64,000 nt of DNA from NCBI GenBank assembly GCA_000500915.1, contig AYNO01000001.1, positions 800 to 64,799 of the forward strand, read 5' to 3'. Position numbers and translations under genes: made by a program. The notes beneath the pieces are model-generated. The model did no database searches. It was not told the DNA's origin and saw only the letters and a list, made by a program, of their open reading frames with translations. Shown here in pieces: positions 46,640 through 55,632 of this stretch. How positions within the stretch are numbered: position 1 is the stretch's first letter; each line of letters opens with the position of its first letter. The stretch comes from Rhodobacter sp. CACIA14H1 (GTDB lineage Bacteria > Pseudomonadota > Alphaproteobacteria > Rhodobacterales > Rhodobacteraceae).

Positions 46640-48699
46640 TGCGCGACACCGGCGACCCGTCGCGCTACGCCACCTTCGACCTCGCCGCCGGCGCAAGCTG
46701 GCGGCTGGGCGCCACCCATGAAAACGGCGGCACCAACTTCGCCCTCTGGTCCGCCCACGCCACCCGCGTCGAACTCTGCCTGTTCGACCCGACCGACGGC
46801 ACCGAAACCCGCCTCGACCTGCCCTCCATGGAAGGCGGCATCTGGTATGGCCACCTGCCCGGCATCCGCCCCGGTCAGGCCTATGGCTACCGCGTCCATG
46901 GCCCGTGGGAGCCGGAGAACGGCCACCGCTTCAACCCCGCGAAACTGCTGATCGATCCCTATGCGCGGATGCTGTCCTCCGACATCACATGGGATGACGC
47001 CGTCTTCGGCCACCCCGTCACCGGCGACGACCTCACCCGCGACGACCGCGACAGCGCCCCCTTCGTCCCGAAATCCATCGTCACCGACCCCGAATTCGAC
47101 TGGCGTTCCGACCGCGCCCTGCGCACGCCATGGGACCGCACCTTCCTGATCGAGTCGCACCTGCGCGGCCTGACGATGCGCCACCCCGCCGTCCCCGACT
47201 CCGACCGTGGCACCTTCCGCGGCCTGTCGCACCCCGCCGTGATCGACCACCTGCTCCGCCTCGGCACCACCGCCATCGAACTGATGCCCGTCCATGCCTT
47301 CGCCGATGACCGCCACCTCCTCGAACGGGGGCTGTCCAACTACTGGGGCTACAACACGCTGTCCTTCTTCGCGCCGCACCGCCGCTACCTCGCCACCGAC
47401 GCCCTGTCCGAGGTGAAAGAGGCGGTAAAGGCCTTCCACGCCGCCGGCATCGAAGTCATCCTCGACGTCGTCTTCAACCACACCGCCGAAGGGTCCGAAC
47501 GCGGCCCCACCCTGTCCTTCCGCGGCATCGACAATGCCTCCTACTACCTGCTGTCACAGGAAAACCCCCGCCACACATGGGACTGCACGGGCTGCGGCAA
47601 CACGCTGAACATCGCGCATCCGATGGTCCTGCGCATGGTCCTCGACTCGCTCCGCTACTGGGTCGAAGTCATGCATGTCGATGGCTTCCGCTTCGACCTC
47701 GCCTCCACCCTCGGGCGCGAGGCGACGGGTTTCGAACGCGACGGCACCTTCTTCACCGCCATCCGTCAGGACCCCGTCCTGTCCTCGGTCAAGCTCATCG
47801 CAGAACCATGGGATGTGGGCGAGGACGGCTATCAGGTCGGCGCCTTCACATGGCCCTTCCGCGAATGGAACGACAAATACCGCGACGACCTCCGCGCCTT
47901 CTGGCGGCGCGATCCCGCGATGGTCGGCAGGCTGTCCGAACGGCTCTCCGGCTCTCCGGTGCAGTTCGACCATTCGCACCGCCCCGCGACCTCCTCGGTC
48001 AACTTCCTTGCCGCCCATGACGGTTTCACCCTCATGGATACGGTCAGCTACAACGCCCCGAAGAACGACGCCAATGGCGAAGAGGGTGGCCACGCCCACA
48101 ACCTGTCGGACGACATGGGCGCCGAAGGCCCCACCGGTGACGCCACCATCACCGCCGCCCGCAGCCGACGCATCCGGTCCATGCTCGCCACGCTGATGCT
48201 GTCGCAGGGCGTCCCCATGATCCTGCAGGGGGACGAGATGGGGCGCACGCAGCAGGGCAACAACAACGCCTATTGCCAGGACAACGACCTGACATGGACC
48301 GACTGGGAAAGCGCCGACGAAACCCTCATCGCCACCGTGGCCGACCTTGCCGCGCTGCGGACCCGCCTTTCGCTCGCCCGCCACAGCTTTGCCCTGCGCA
48401 ACGATATCGCATGGTGGCATCCCGAAGGGCGCTGGATGACCGATGACGACTGGCAGGATGCGGGGCTCTGCACGCTGGGCATGATGCTCCCCCTGCGCGA
48501 GGACGGGCAGGATGGTGACGACCGCTTCCTCGCCGTCTTCAACGCGGGTGATGCCTGCACCGTCGCCCTGCCCGAAGGCCGCTGGCGCCGCGTCCTCGAC
48601 ACGTCGCAAACCCCCGTCACCACCGACAGGACCGAGGAAGGCGAAGCCCCCCTCGACTGGCAGACTGTCGCGCTCTGGCTTCCGCAAGGCGGTTTGTGA
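46639..48699 (+). CDS. glgX: Glycogen debranching enzyme (isoamylase)
   Basis: [49 protein letters not shown] all intact. Confidence 0.93.
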   Translation: MRDTGDPSRYATFDLAAGASWRLGATHENGGTNFALWSAHATRVELCLFDPTDGTETRLDLPSMEGGIWYGHLPGIRPGQAYGYRVHGPWEPENGHRFNPAKLLIDPYARMLSSDITWDDAVFGHPVTGDDLTRDDRDSAPFVPKSIVTDPEFDWRSDRALRTPWDRTFLIESHLRGLTMRHPAVPDSDRGTFRGLSHPAVIDHLLRLGTTAIELMPVHAFADDRHLLERGLSNYWGYNTLSFFAPHRRYLATDALSEVKEAVKAFHAAGIEVILDVVFNHTAEGSERGPTLSFRGIDNASYYLLSQENPRHTWDCTGCGNTLNIAHPMVLRMVLDSLRYWVEVMHVDGFRFDLASTLGREATGFERDGTFFTAIRQDPVLSSVKLIAEPWDVGEDGYQVGAFTWPFREWNDKYRDDLRAFWRRDPAMVGRLSERLSGSPVQFDHSHRPATSSVNFLAAHDGFTLMDTVSYNAPKNDANGEEGGHAHNLSDDMGAEGPTGDATITAARSRRIRSMLATLMLSQGVPMILQGDEMGRTQQGNNNAYCQDNDLTWTDWESADETLIATVADLAALRTRLSLARHSFALRNDIAWWHPEGRWMTDDDWQDAGLCTLGMMLPLREDGQDGDDRFLAVFNAGDACTVALPEGRWRRVLDTSQTPVTTDRTEEGEAPLDWQTVALWLPQGGL

Positions 48700-48777
48700 C
48701 GCACAAACCGGTCCGGAATTTGCGCCAAATTCCGCCGTCCCCCGCGATTCGGAAAGTATGGTAAACGTGAACGCGCA

Positions 48778-48820
48778 GCCCGCTGCGTGCTGACAGTTTG
48801 CGGCACAGACTCCGGCACAG
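48778..48820. repeat. Dispersed intergenic repeat, copy 2
   Basis: 40/43 match to 4158-4200; continues with a further degenerate 12-bp unit. Confidence 0.75.
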
Positions 48821-48947
48821 GGTCCGGTACGGTCGCCGCACCCCCAAACCCCCGAAAACCCGCAGGATTAACGCACCGCCCGCCCCGCCACAGAAAAGCC
48901 CGGCACAGCAACGCTGCACCGGGCCTATTTCGGGCAACAGACGCGGT

Positions 48948-49445
48948 TTATTCCGCCGCGACCGCCATCTCGTTGATCTGCCCTTCGGCAAGCTGGTTCA
49001 GCAGCTCGTCCGTGCGCTTCTCCTCGTCCAGCGTCTGGGTCAGGACATTCACCGCATCCTGCATCCCCAACACCTTGGCCCAGGCGCACAGCGTCCCGTA
49101 CCGCGCGATCTCGTAATGCTCCACCGCCTGCGCGGCAGCCACCAGACCCGCATCCAGCGCGGGGGCGCCCTTGAAGGTGTCGATCACCTCCTCGCCCTCC
49201 TCGATGATCCCGTCGATCGCGGGGCAGGTCTTGCCGGACGGGCGTTTGCCAATCATTTCAAACACCTGCTCCAGCCGTTCCTTATGCACCTCGGTCTCTT
49301 CGCGGTGCTGCTGGAACGCCTGCTTCAGCTCTTCGGACTGCGCCGCCCGCATCATCTTGGGCAGCGCCCGCAGGATCTTCCGCTCGGCATAGTAGATGTC
49401 CTTCAGCGCCTCGAGGAACAGCGCGTCAAGTTCCCTCGACTTCAT
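48948..49445 (-). CDS. Ferritin-like DUF892 protein (YciF-like)
   Basis: LKDIYYAERKI, HREETEVH..RLEQVF, CPAIDGIIEEG, AQAVEHYEIARYGTL. Confidence 0.92.
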   Translation of the reverse strand: MKSRELDALFLEALKDIYYAERKILRALPKMMRAAQSEELKQAFQQHREETEVHKERLEQVFEMIGKRPSGKTCPAIDGIIEEGEEVIDTFKGAPALDAGLVAAAQAVEHYEIARYGTLCAWAKVLGMQDAVNVLTQTLDEEKRTDELLNQLAEGQINEMAVAAE

Positions 49446-49484
49446 GTCATCTCTCCTTCGGTGATGTGAAAAGCTCCGGGGACC

Positions 49485-49509
49485 AACCGCCCAAAGCCTG
49501 CGATGTTCC
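49485..49509 (-). promoter_or_regulatory. EcfG-type promoter
   Basis: GGAAC-N16-GGTT. Confidence 0.75.
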
Positions 49510-49527
49510 CCCGTCCCGGCGGGGAAA

Positions 49528-50361
49528 TCAGAGCATCGGCATCCCCCCCGTCACCGCCACTGTCGCCCCCGTGACGTAGGATGAAATCGGCTCCGCCAGC
49601 ATCACATAGGCCGACACCATCTCCACCGGCTGCGCGGGCCGCCCGATGGGCGTATCCTTCCCGAATCCTTGGACTTTTTCCGCCGGCATCGTCGCCGTGA
49701 TCAACGGCGTCCACACCGGCCCGGGCGCCACGCAATTCACCCTTATCCCTTTTGGGGCAAGCAGTTGCGCCATCCCCGCCGTGAAGTTCCGGATCGCCCC
49801 CTTGGTCGCCGCATAGGCCAGCAGCTTGGGGTTCGGCTTGTCGGAATTGATGCTCACGGTGTTGATGATGCTCGCCCCCTCGCCCATGTGCCGCACCGCC
49901 TCGCGCGACAGCCAGAAGGTGGCGAACATGTTGACGCGGAAGGTCTTTTCGAACTCCTCGTCGGTGATCTCCTCCAGCTCCTCGATGAAGGATTGATGTG
50001 CCGCGTTGTTCACCAGCACGTCGATCCCCCCGAAGGCCTCCACCACCTTCTCAACCACGCTGCGGCAATGGTCGGCTTCGGAAATATCGCCCGGAATCAA
50101 CAGGCAACGCTTCCCCGCCTCCTCCACCAGACGCGCCGTTTCCCCGGCATCCTCCTCCTCGTCCAGAAAGGATATGGCGACATCCGCCCCCTCCCGCGCA
50201 AAGGCGATGGCGACGGCCCGCCCGATGCCGCTATCCCCCCCTGTGATCAGGGCGCGCATCCCGTCCAACCGCCCCGCCCCGCGATAGCTCTCCTCGCCAT
50301 GGTCGGGCTTGTCCGGCATTTCCCGCGTCCGGCCGGGATCGGGGCTGTTCTCGTCGCTCAT
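49528..50361 (-). CDS. General-stress SDR oxidoreductase (YghA-like)
   Basis: PDHGEESYRG, TGGDSGIG, NNA, YAATK, VAPGPVWT. Confidence 0.92.
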   Translation of the reverse strand: MSDENSPDPGRTREMPDKPDHGEESYRGAGRLDGMRALITGGDSGIGRAVAIAFAREGADVAISFLDEEEDAGETARLVEEAGKRCLLIPGDISEADHCRSVVEKVVEAFGGIDVLVNNAAHQSFIEELEEITDEEFEKTFRVNMFATFWLSREAVRHMGEGASIINTVSINSDKPNPKLLAYAATKGAIRNFTAGMAQLLAPKGIRVNCVAPGPVWTPLITATMPAEKVQGFGKDTPIGRPAQPVEMVSAYVMLAEPISSYVTGATVAVTGGMPML

Positions 50362-50391
50362 GTCCGTTCTCCTTGTTCCATAAGGGAAAAA

Positions 50392-52509
50392 TCAGCCCTC
50401 GATCCGTGGCCAATAGCGCAACTCGGCACAGGCGCTGACGAAGGCGGGCACATCCCCCGCTCCTTCCAGCAGGAACATCCCTGCATCCCGCCCCTCCACG
50501 CCGACCATGGCGAACAGGGCGGATGCGGCCTGCGTCATCCCGATGAACTTGCCATGCGCGATGGCATCCGCCGCGAAACTCCGCGCCGCGTGCAGGGCGG
50601 CAACCTTCGGCACGGCCTCGGCCGACAGCAGCACCGCCACCGCATCGAACAGCGCCGAAGGCGCGGCCTCCATCTGGAGCATCGCAGGCACCTTCACCCC
50701 CGCCCGCGTCACCACGCCGCCGATCCGGGGCGCGATGATCGCCGGCACGGCCCCGGCGGCTGACAATTCGGACATCAGCGTGTCCAGAACCGCATCCTCC
50801 ACCCCGTCCGAAACCACGATCCCCATCTTCCGCCCGCGGAAGGTCGGCACCTGCTTCTTCTGGATCGAAAGCGCGTCGGAAACAGCCAGATCAACGGGTT
50901 GCACCGCGGGTTCCACCGGCTCGGGCAGGTCCATCCCCAACCCTTCGGCCACGAGTCCGGCCAGACCGGCATCGATGCTCGGCAGATGGGCCAGCACCCT
51001 TTCGCGGATTGCCGGCACCTCCACCTTGCCCAGTTCGAAGATCAGCGCATCCGCGATATGGCGCTGCTCGATGGCCGTCTGGCTGCGGTAGAACTGCCGC
51101 GCCTGGCTGTAATGGTCGGCAAAACTCTCTGCCCGCAGCCTGCGCTTCTCGCCCTGCACCGGTTCGGCAAAGGACCGGAACCCATGCTCCGCATCCGCCC
51201 TCGGCCCGCCGGGCGACCAGGAGTTCGGTTCGTAATTCGCCCGCCCCTTCGGCCCGCGATGCTGCATGTGGCCGTCCTGAAAGAAGTTGTGGACCGGACA
51301 GCGCGGCGCATTGATCGGCAGTTGCGTGAAATTCGTGCTGCCCAGCCGCTTCAGCTGCGTGTCCAGATAGCTGAAGTTCCGGCCCTGCAACAAAGGGTCG
51401 TTCGTGAAGTCGATCCCCGGCACCACGTTCTGCGTGCAGAAGGCCACCTGTTCGGTTTCGTTGAAGAAATTGTCCGGCATCCTGTCCAGGACCAGCCGCC
51501 CCACCATCCGCAAGGGCACCTCCTCCTCGGGGATGATCTTGGTGCTGTCGAGGATGTCGAAGTCGAAACGGTCCGCGAAATCGTCATCGAACAGCTGCAG
51601 CCCCAGCTCCCATTCCGGCGGATCGCCCAGCACCTCGATCGCCTCCCACAGGTCGCGCCGGTGGAAGTCGGGGTCCGCCCCGTTGATCTTCAGCGCCTCG
51701 TCCCACAGGACCGACTGCATGCCCAGTTTGGGTCGCCAGTGGAACTTGCAGAAGGTAGATTTCCCCTCGGCATTCACCAGCCGGAAGGTATGGACCCCGA
51801 ACCCTTCCATGAACCGGAAGCTGCGCGGGATGGCGCGGTCCGACATCGTCCACATGATCATGTGCAGCGATTCCGGCATCAGGCTGATGAAGTCCCAGAA
51901 ATTGTCATGCGCCGTCTGCGCCTGCGGAAAGGCGCGGTCGGGTTCCTGCTTGGCGGCATGGACAAGGTCGGGGAACTTTATCGGGTCCTGGATGAAGAAG
52001 ACGGGGATGTTGTTGCCCACAAGGTCCCAGTTGCCATCCTGCGTATAGAACTTGGTCGCAAAGCCCCGCACATCGCGGGCAAGGTCCACGCTGCCCTTGT
52101 TGCCGACCACTGTGGAAAAGCGGGTGAAGGTCGGTGTCCTTTGTCCTGCCTTCTGGAACGGGTCAGCGCGGGTGATGTCGGACAGGCTCTCGTAGCATTC
52201 GAAAAAACCGTGTGCGCCGTAACCCCTTGCATGGACGACCCTTTCGGGGATGCGTTCATGATCGAAGTGGAAGATCTTCTCGCGGAAGTGGAAATCCTCC
52301 AGCAGCGCAGGCCCCCGTTCACCGGCACGCAGGGTGTTCTGGTTGTCCGCCACCGGCACCCCGTGCCCCGTCGTCATCCTTGGCCCGGCGGCATCGGGCG
52401 GCTGGTGCGTCTCGCCGCCATTGCCCTTCTGGGCGGGGCGCTCCACCCTGTCCATCCCCGATGTGCTGTCGGAAGTCGGCACGTTGCGGTTCATCGGTTC
52501 GTCGGTCAT
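50392..52509 (-). CDS. katE: Large-subunit catalase (HPII)
   Basis: [32 protein letters not shown] heme ligand, C-terminal GATase-like domain. Confidence 0.95.
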   Translation of the reverse strand: MTDEPMNRNVPTSDSTSGMDRVERPAQKGNGGETHQPPDAAGPRMTTGHGVPVADNQNTLRAGERGPALLEDFHFREKIFHFDHERIPERVVHARGYGAHGFFECYESLSDITRADPFQKAGQRTPTFTRFSTVVGNKGSVDLARDVRGFATKFYTQDGNWDLVGNNIPVFFIQDPIKFPDLVHAAKQEPDRAFPQAQTAHDNFWDFISLMPESLHMIMWTMSDRAIPRSFRFMEGFGVHTFRLVNAEGKSTFCKFHWRPKLGMQSVLWDEALKINGADPDFHRRDLWEAIEVLGDPPEWELGLQLFDDDFADRFDFDILDSTKIIPEEEVPLRMVGRLVLDRMPDNFFNETEQVAFCTQNVVPGIDFTNDPLLQGRNFSYLDTQLKRLGSTNFTQLPINAPRCPVHNFFQDGHMQHRGPKGRANYEPNSWSPGGPRADAEHGFRSFAEPVQGEKRRLRAESFADHYSQARQFYRSQTAIEQRHIADALIFELGKVEVPAIRERVLAHLPSIDAGLAGLVAEGLGMDLPEPVEPAVQPVDLAVSDALSIQKKQVPTFRGRKMGIVVSDGVEDAVLDTLMSELSAAGAVPAIIAPRIGGVVTRAGVKVPAMLQMEAAPSALFDAVAVLLSAEAVPKVAALHAARSFAADAIAHGKFIGMTQAASALFAMVGVEGRDAGMFLLEGAGDVPAFVSACAELRYWPRIEG

Positions 52510-52621
52510 GGATCGATCCCTTGTTCTTCTGCCTCTTGCCGGACTCCGGCAGCATCATGGCCAGCAGGGTGCGGGCGCCATGCCACGCGCGGCGCCGCGG
52601 GCCTGTCCGACATGAAGGGCG

Positions 52622-52675
52622 AACCCGCCCCGGCGCAGGGGGTTCCACGGAACCCGCCCGGTCAGCCGGCGTTCC
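52622..52675. promoter_or_regulatory. Back-to-back divergent EcfG-type promoters (katE / DUF3008)
   Basis: Minus 52646-52622 GGAAC-N16-GGTT; plus 52649-52673 GGAAC-N16-CGTT; a second minus match at 52675-52651. Confidence 0.8.
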
Positions 52676-52701
52676 GCCCAATCGCAAACGGAGGATGATC
52701 C

Positions 52702-52887
52702 ATGCCCGCGAAATCCAAAGCCCAGCAAAAGGCCGCCGGCGCCGCCCTTTCGGCGAAACGCGGCGACACCGCGAAGAAGGACCTGAAAGGTGCCTCGCGC
52801 GACATGGCCGACAGAATGTCCGAGAAAGAACTGGAGGACCTCGCCGCCACCCGGCGAAAGGGCCTGCCAGAGAAGAAACGCGACTGA
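52702..52887 (+). CDS. DUF3008 family small basic protein
   Basis: MPAKSKAQQKAAGAALSAKRG...LKGASRDM...MSEKELEDLA.T.RKGLP. Confidence 0.88.
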   Translation: MPAKSKAQQKAAGAALSAKRGDTAKKDLKGASRDMADRMSEKELEDLAATRRKGLPEKKRD

Positions 52888-52979
52888 TCCTTGCGCCCCG
52901 CGCATGTCGAGGTTGCAGGATCGTCCCTGTCGGAACGCCACCCAAGCCCCTAGATTCACGCCGAAATCAGGAGGCCATC

Positions 52980-53114
52980 ATGGCAAGCGTCACCCGCATC
53001 GAACCCGAAACCCGCAAACAGGCCGCCGCCCGCGCGGCGCTGGAACAGATGTATGGCTACTACGCCTTCGACTGGCAGCCCTTCGCACCGGCCAAGGTGA
53101 AACAGGCCGCCTGA
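52980..53114 (+). CDS. 44-aa small protein
   Basis: AGGAGG RBS; MASVTRIEPETRKQAAARAALEQMYGYYAFDWQPFAPAKVKQAA; preceded by GGAAC-N16-GATT (52932-52956). Confidence 0.7.
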   Translation: MASVTRIEPETRKQAAARAALEQMYGYYAFDWQPFAPAKVKQAA

Positions 53115-53117
53115 TCC

Positions 53118-53636
53118 CTAGCGCGGGCGGAAGGCAACCACGTTATCCGCCACCGCCCGCTGCATCCGGGTGCCGATCTGGCTTTCGCGCATCTTCCGGC
53201 TGGTCTCGGCATGGTCCAGCAGCATCAGCCGGAAGGTCGCCTGCATCAGCTCCGGACGCACGACAGCCCCTTCCCCGCCGATCAGCAGCGTCAGGCGCCA
53301 TGCGCCGTCTTCACGGTCCACCTGCCGCTTGACCGCATCGCGCGTTGCGACGCCGTAGGTCACGCAGAAGCTGTCCAGAAAATCTTCGTCAAAGGACTCG
53401 AGCTCCGGCGAAGGCAACATCTCCTCCAGCGGAACAAGTCCCTTCACCGAAGATGCAAGCGGGGCTGTGCGATGCGCGGTGATCGTCCCGTCGAACAGCA
53501 GCCCCCGCCCCGATGCGATGTGCCAGCCCTGCGCAAGGTACATCAGGCGTTGCAGGTCAAAGAAGCCGAAGGCGTCCCATGCATGGTGGAAATGCTGCGA
53601 CAGATAGATCGCCACGTCCTGCGCCTTGCTTGCCAT
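53118..53636 (-). CDS. Panacea (DUF4065/SocA-like) domain protein, divergent
   Basis: AQDVAIY...LQRLMYLAQGWH...LLFDGTITA matches the LQKLxYxAQGW...LFxxxIEA Panacea pattern. Confidence 0.65.
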   Translation of the reverse strand: MASKAQDVAIYLSQHFHHAWDAFGFFDLQRLMYLAQGWHIASGRGLLFDGTITAHRTAPLASSVKGLVPLEEMLPSPELESFDEDFLDSFCVTYGVATRDAVKRQVDREDGAWRLTLLIGGEGAVVRPELMQATFRLMLLDHAETSRKMRESQIGTRMQRAVADNVVAFRPR

Positions 53637-53795
53637 TCCCCTGTTCCTCCGTCCCCTGCGGCCCGGCCTGCGCCACCGCGATCAACATCCGTTAAGGGGG
53701 ATACCTATCCGTTTTTGCATGTCATGCCCATAGTTCGTGACGTATTACAGCCGTCCGTATGTACATCCACACGGCAAGGTTGCGGCAAGCAGGGC

Positions 53796-53820
53796 GGAAC
53801 CGGACAGCCTGTCGCGCGTT
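53796..53820 (+). promoter_or_regulatory. EcfG-type promoter with no downstream CDS
   Basis: GGAAC-N16-CGTT consensus. Confidence 0.75.
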
Positions 53821-53825
53821 TGGCT

Positions 53826-53944
53826 GGTGTCGGCGCCCCACCGTCCTGTCCGAATAACGGGCGTCGGCCTTCCGGCTTCCGCGTCGCGTCCCCCTGTCAC
53901 GCGGAGCCCGGCGGCGGGAGACGGTTCGACCGTCTCCCGCCCTC
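53826..53944 (+). ncRNA. Candidate EcfG-dependent sRNA (~120 nt; ends approximate)
   Basis: Consensus promoter; stem GGCTTCCGCGT/ACGCGGAGCC with C-rich loop CGCGTCCCCCTGTC; 3' 12-bp hairpin 53914-53940. Confidence 0.55.
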
Positions 53945-53950
53945 GGACCT

Positions 53951-54757
53951 TCAGGTCGTCAGGGATTCCGTCGAAGCGAAGAACATCGCCTGACTGACCG
54001 CCGACCGCACCTGCGCCTCGGAATAGGGCTTGACGATCAGGAAGGCGGGTTCCGGTTTCTTTCCGGTCAGCAGCCGCTCGGGGAAGGCGGTGATGAAGAT
54101 GACCGGGATCTCGTCGAACTGCCGCAGGATGTCATTCACCGCGTCGATACCCGACGACTGGTCCGCCAGGTGGATGTCGGCAAGGATGAGGTCCGGCCTT
54201 TCCCGCGCCGCCAGTTCCACCGCCTGGGCACGGGTCCGCGCGATGCCGGTGACACGGTGCCCGATCTCGGCCACGATCATCTGGATGTCCATGGCGATGA
54301 TCGCCTCGTCCTCGATGATCAGGACGGAACCCGCGACCGAATTCGCCATCTCGTTCTTGGCGATATGGACCAATTCCTCGGCCTGCCGCGCCGTCACCTG
54401 CATGATCTGGGCGATGTCGGGAAAACTGAACCCCTCGATCGCGTGCAGAAGCAGCGCCTCGCGGGTGTTGGGCGTCAGTGTCGCCATGTGGTCCTGCGCC
54501 TTGCGCGACATTTCCGTATCCGGATTCCCGAGTGGTGCCCCCGCACTCGACCACACAAGGTGGAAGGCGCGGAACAGCGCGATCTTGGGGCCCGTCGCAT
54601 GGGTCAGCGCTTCCGGATCCTCCAGAATCGCTTCCAGCGTCGCTGCGGCGTATCGGTCCCCTGTTTCCTGGCTTCCCGTAAGGGCGCGGGCATAGCGCCG
54701 CAGATACGGAAGATTGGCCGCGACGATGGAGGCCGGATCGGCCGCGGTGGTGTTCAT
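53951..54757 (-). CDS. phyR: PhyR anti-anti-sigma response regulator
   Basis: Sigma-like N-terminus LPYLRRYARALTGSQ..GD; receiver IEDE, LADIHLAD.SSGIDAV, FITAFPERLLTG..PEPAFLI.KP. Confidence 0.96.
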   Translation of the reverse strand: MNTTAADPASIVAANLPYLRRYARALTGSQETGDRYAAATLEAILEDPEALTHATGPKIALFRAFHLVWSSAGAPLGNPDTEMSRKAQDHMATLTPNTREALLLHAIEGFSFPDIAQIMQVTARQAEELVHIAKNEMANSVAGSVLIIEDEAIIAMDIQMIVAEIGHRVTGIARTRAQAVELAARERPDLILADIHLADQSSGIDAVNDILRQFDEIPVIFITAFPERLLTGKKPEPAFLIVKPYSEAQVRSAVSQAMFFASTESLTT

Positions 54758-54787
54758 GTGCTCGTCCCCCGTTTTTCACTTCTGACG

Positions 54788-54819
54788 GGAACCAAACGCG
54801 GTGAAGCGCGTTTGGTTCC
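54788..54819. promoter_or_regulatory. Palindromic bidirectional EcfG promoter for phyR and nepR-ecfG
   Basis: GGAACCAAACGCG-gtgaag-CGCGTTTGGTTCC reads GGAAC-N16-CGTT on both strands. Confidence 0.88.
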
Positions 54820-54844
54820 ATGATATGGCGATGGGGGTCGATGC

Positions 54845-55057
54845 ATGAGTATGCTGGAACAGATGAAGGACAAGCGGGAAAAGCCGACCCTCAAACACAC
54901 GATCGAGGAAAATCTCCGGAAAGTCTATCAGGACCTTCTGCAGGAGGATGTTCCCGACCGATTCAAGCTGCTGCTCGAAGAACTCCGTCAGAAACAGGCC
55001 GCACCGGAGGCTGCCACGAGATCCGATGCCGACCCCGCATCGGAGGACGGGAAATGA
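54845..55057 (+). CDS. nepR: NepR anti-sigma factor
   Basis: IEENLRKVYQDLLQEDVPDRFKLLLEEL; between phyR and the ECF sigma. Confidence 0.9.
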   Translation: MSMLEQMKDKREKPTLKHTIEENLRKVYQDLLQEDVPDRFKLLLEELRQKQAAPEAATRSDADPASEDGK

Positions 55058-55632
55058 CGGGGACCAGCACGCCGGCAACGCCGATGGACCCGCGCGAGGA
55101 ACTCGCCCTCCACCTGCCCGCCATGCGCGCCTTTGCCATCAGCCTGACCCGGAATGTCGCCGCTGCCGACGATCTGGTGCAGGATGCGATCGTCAAGGCA
55201 TGGTCCAGCTTCGACAAGTTCGAACCCGGCACGAACATGCGTGCATGGCTGTTCACCATCCTGCGCAACACCTTCTACTCCGGCGTCCGCAAGCGCCGCC
55301 GTGACGTCGCGGATCCCGAAGGCGTCCACACGGCCACGCTGTTCGAAAAGCCGGCACATGACGGAAAACTGGCGCTCAACGATTTCATGGTCGCCTTCAA
55401 CCAGTTGTCGCCGGTCCACCGCGAGGTGCTGATCCTCGTCGGCGCATCGGGCTTTTCCTACGAGGAAGCGGCCGAGATGACCGGGGTCGCCGTCGGCACG
55501 GTAAAAAGCCGCGCCAGCCGTGCGCGGCTCCGGCTTGCCGAACTCCTCGGGCTTGAGGAAGGCGAAGAATTCGTGGGTTCGGATGCCGCGACCATGGCGG
55601 TGATGAGCCGTTCGGCAATAAGGGCTGCATGA
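55054..55632 (+). CDS. ecfG: ECF sigma factor EcfG (sigmaT/RpoE2 type)
   Basis: LPAMRAFAISLT, ADDLVQDA..KAW, FEPGTNMRAWLFTILRN.FYS, GFSYEEAA...VAVGTVKSR..RAR; ATGA overlap with nepR. Confidence 0.93.
   Translation: MTGTSTPATPMDPREELALHLPAMRAFAISLTRNVAAADDLVQDAIVKAWSSFDKFEPGTNMRAWLFTILRNTFYSGVRKRRRDVADPEGVHTATLFEKPAHDGKLALNDFMVAFNQLSPVHREVLILVGASGFSYEEAAEMTGVAVGTVKSRASRARLRLAELLGLEEGEEFVGSDAATMAVMSRSAIRAA

Noticed and set aside
4158-48820. 43-bp direct repeats as attL/attR of an integrative element
   Set aside because: No integrase or tRNA nearby, the stress genes continue past 48820, and the internal periodicity fits a dispersed repeat better
53737-53997. 86-aa plus-strand ORF spanning the candidate sRNA
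   Set aside because: It starts upstream of the EcfG promoter, has no RBS and atypical composition, and overlaps the phyR 3' end
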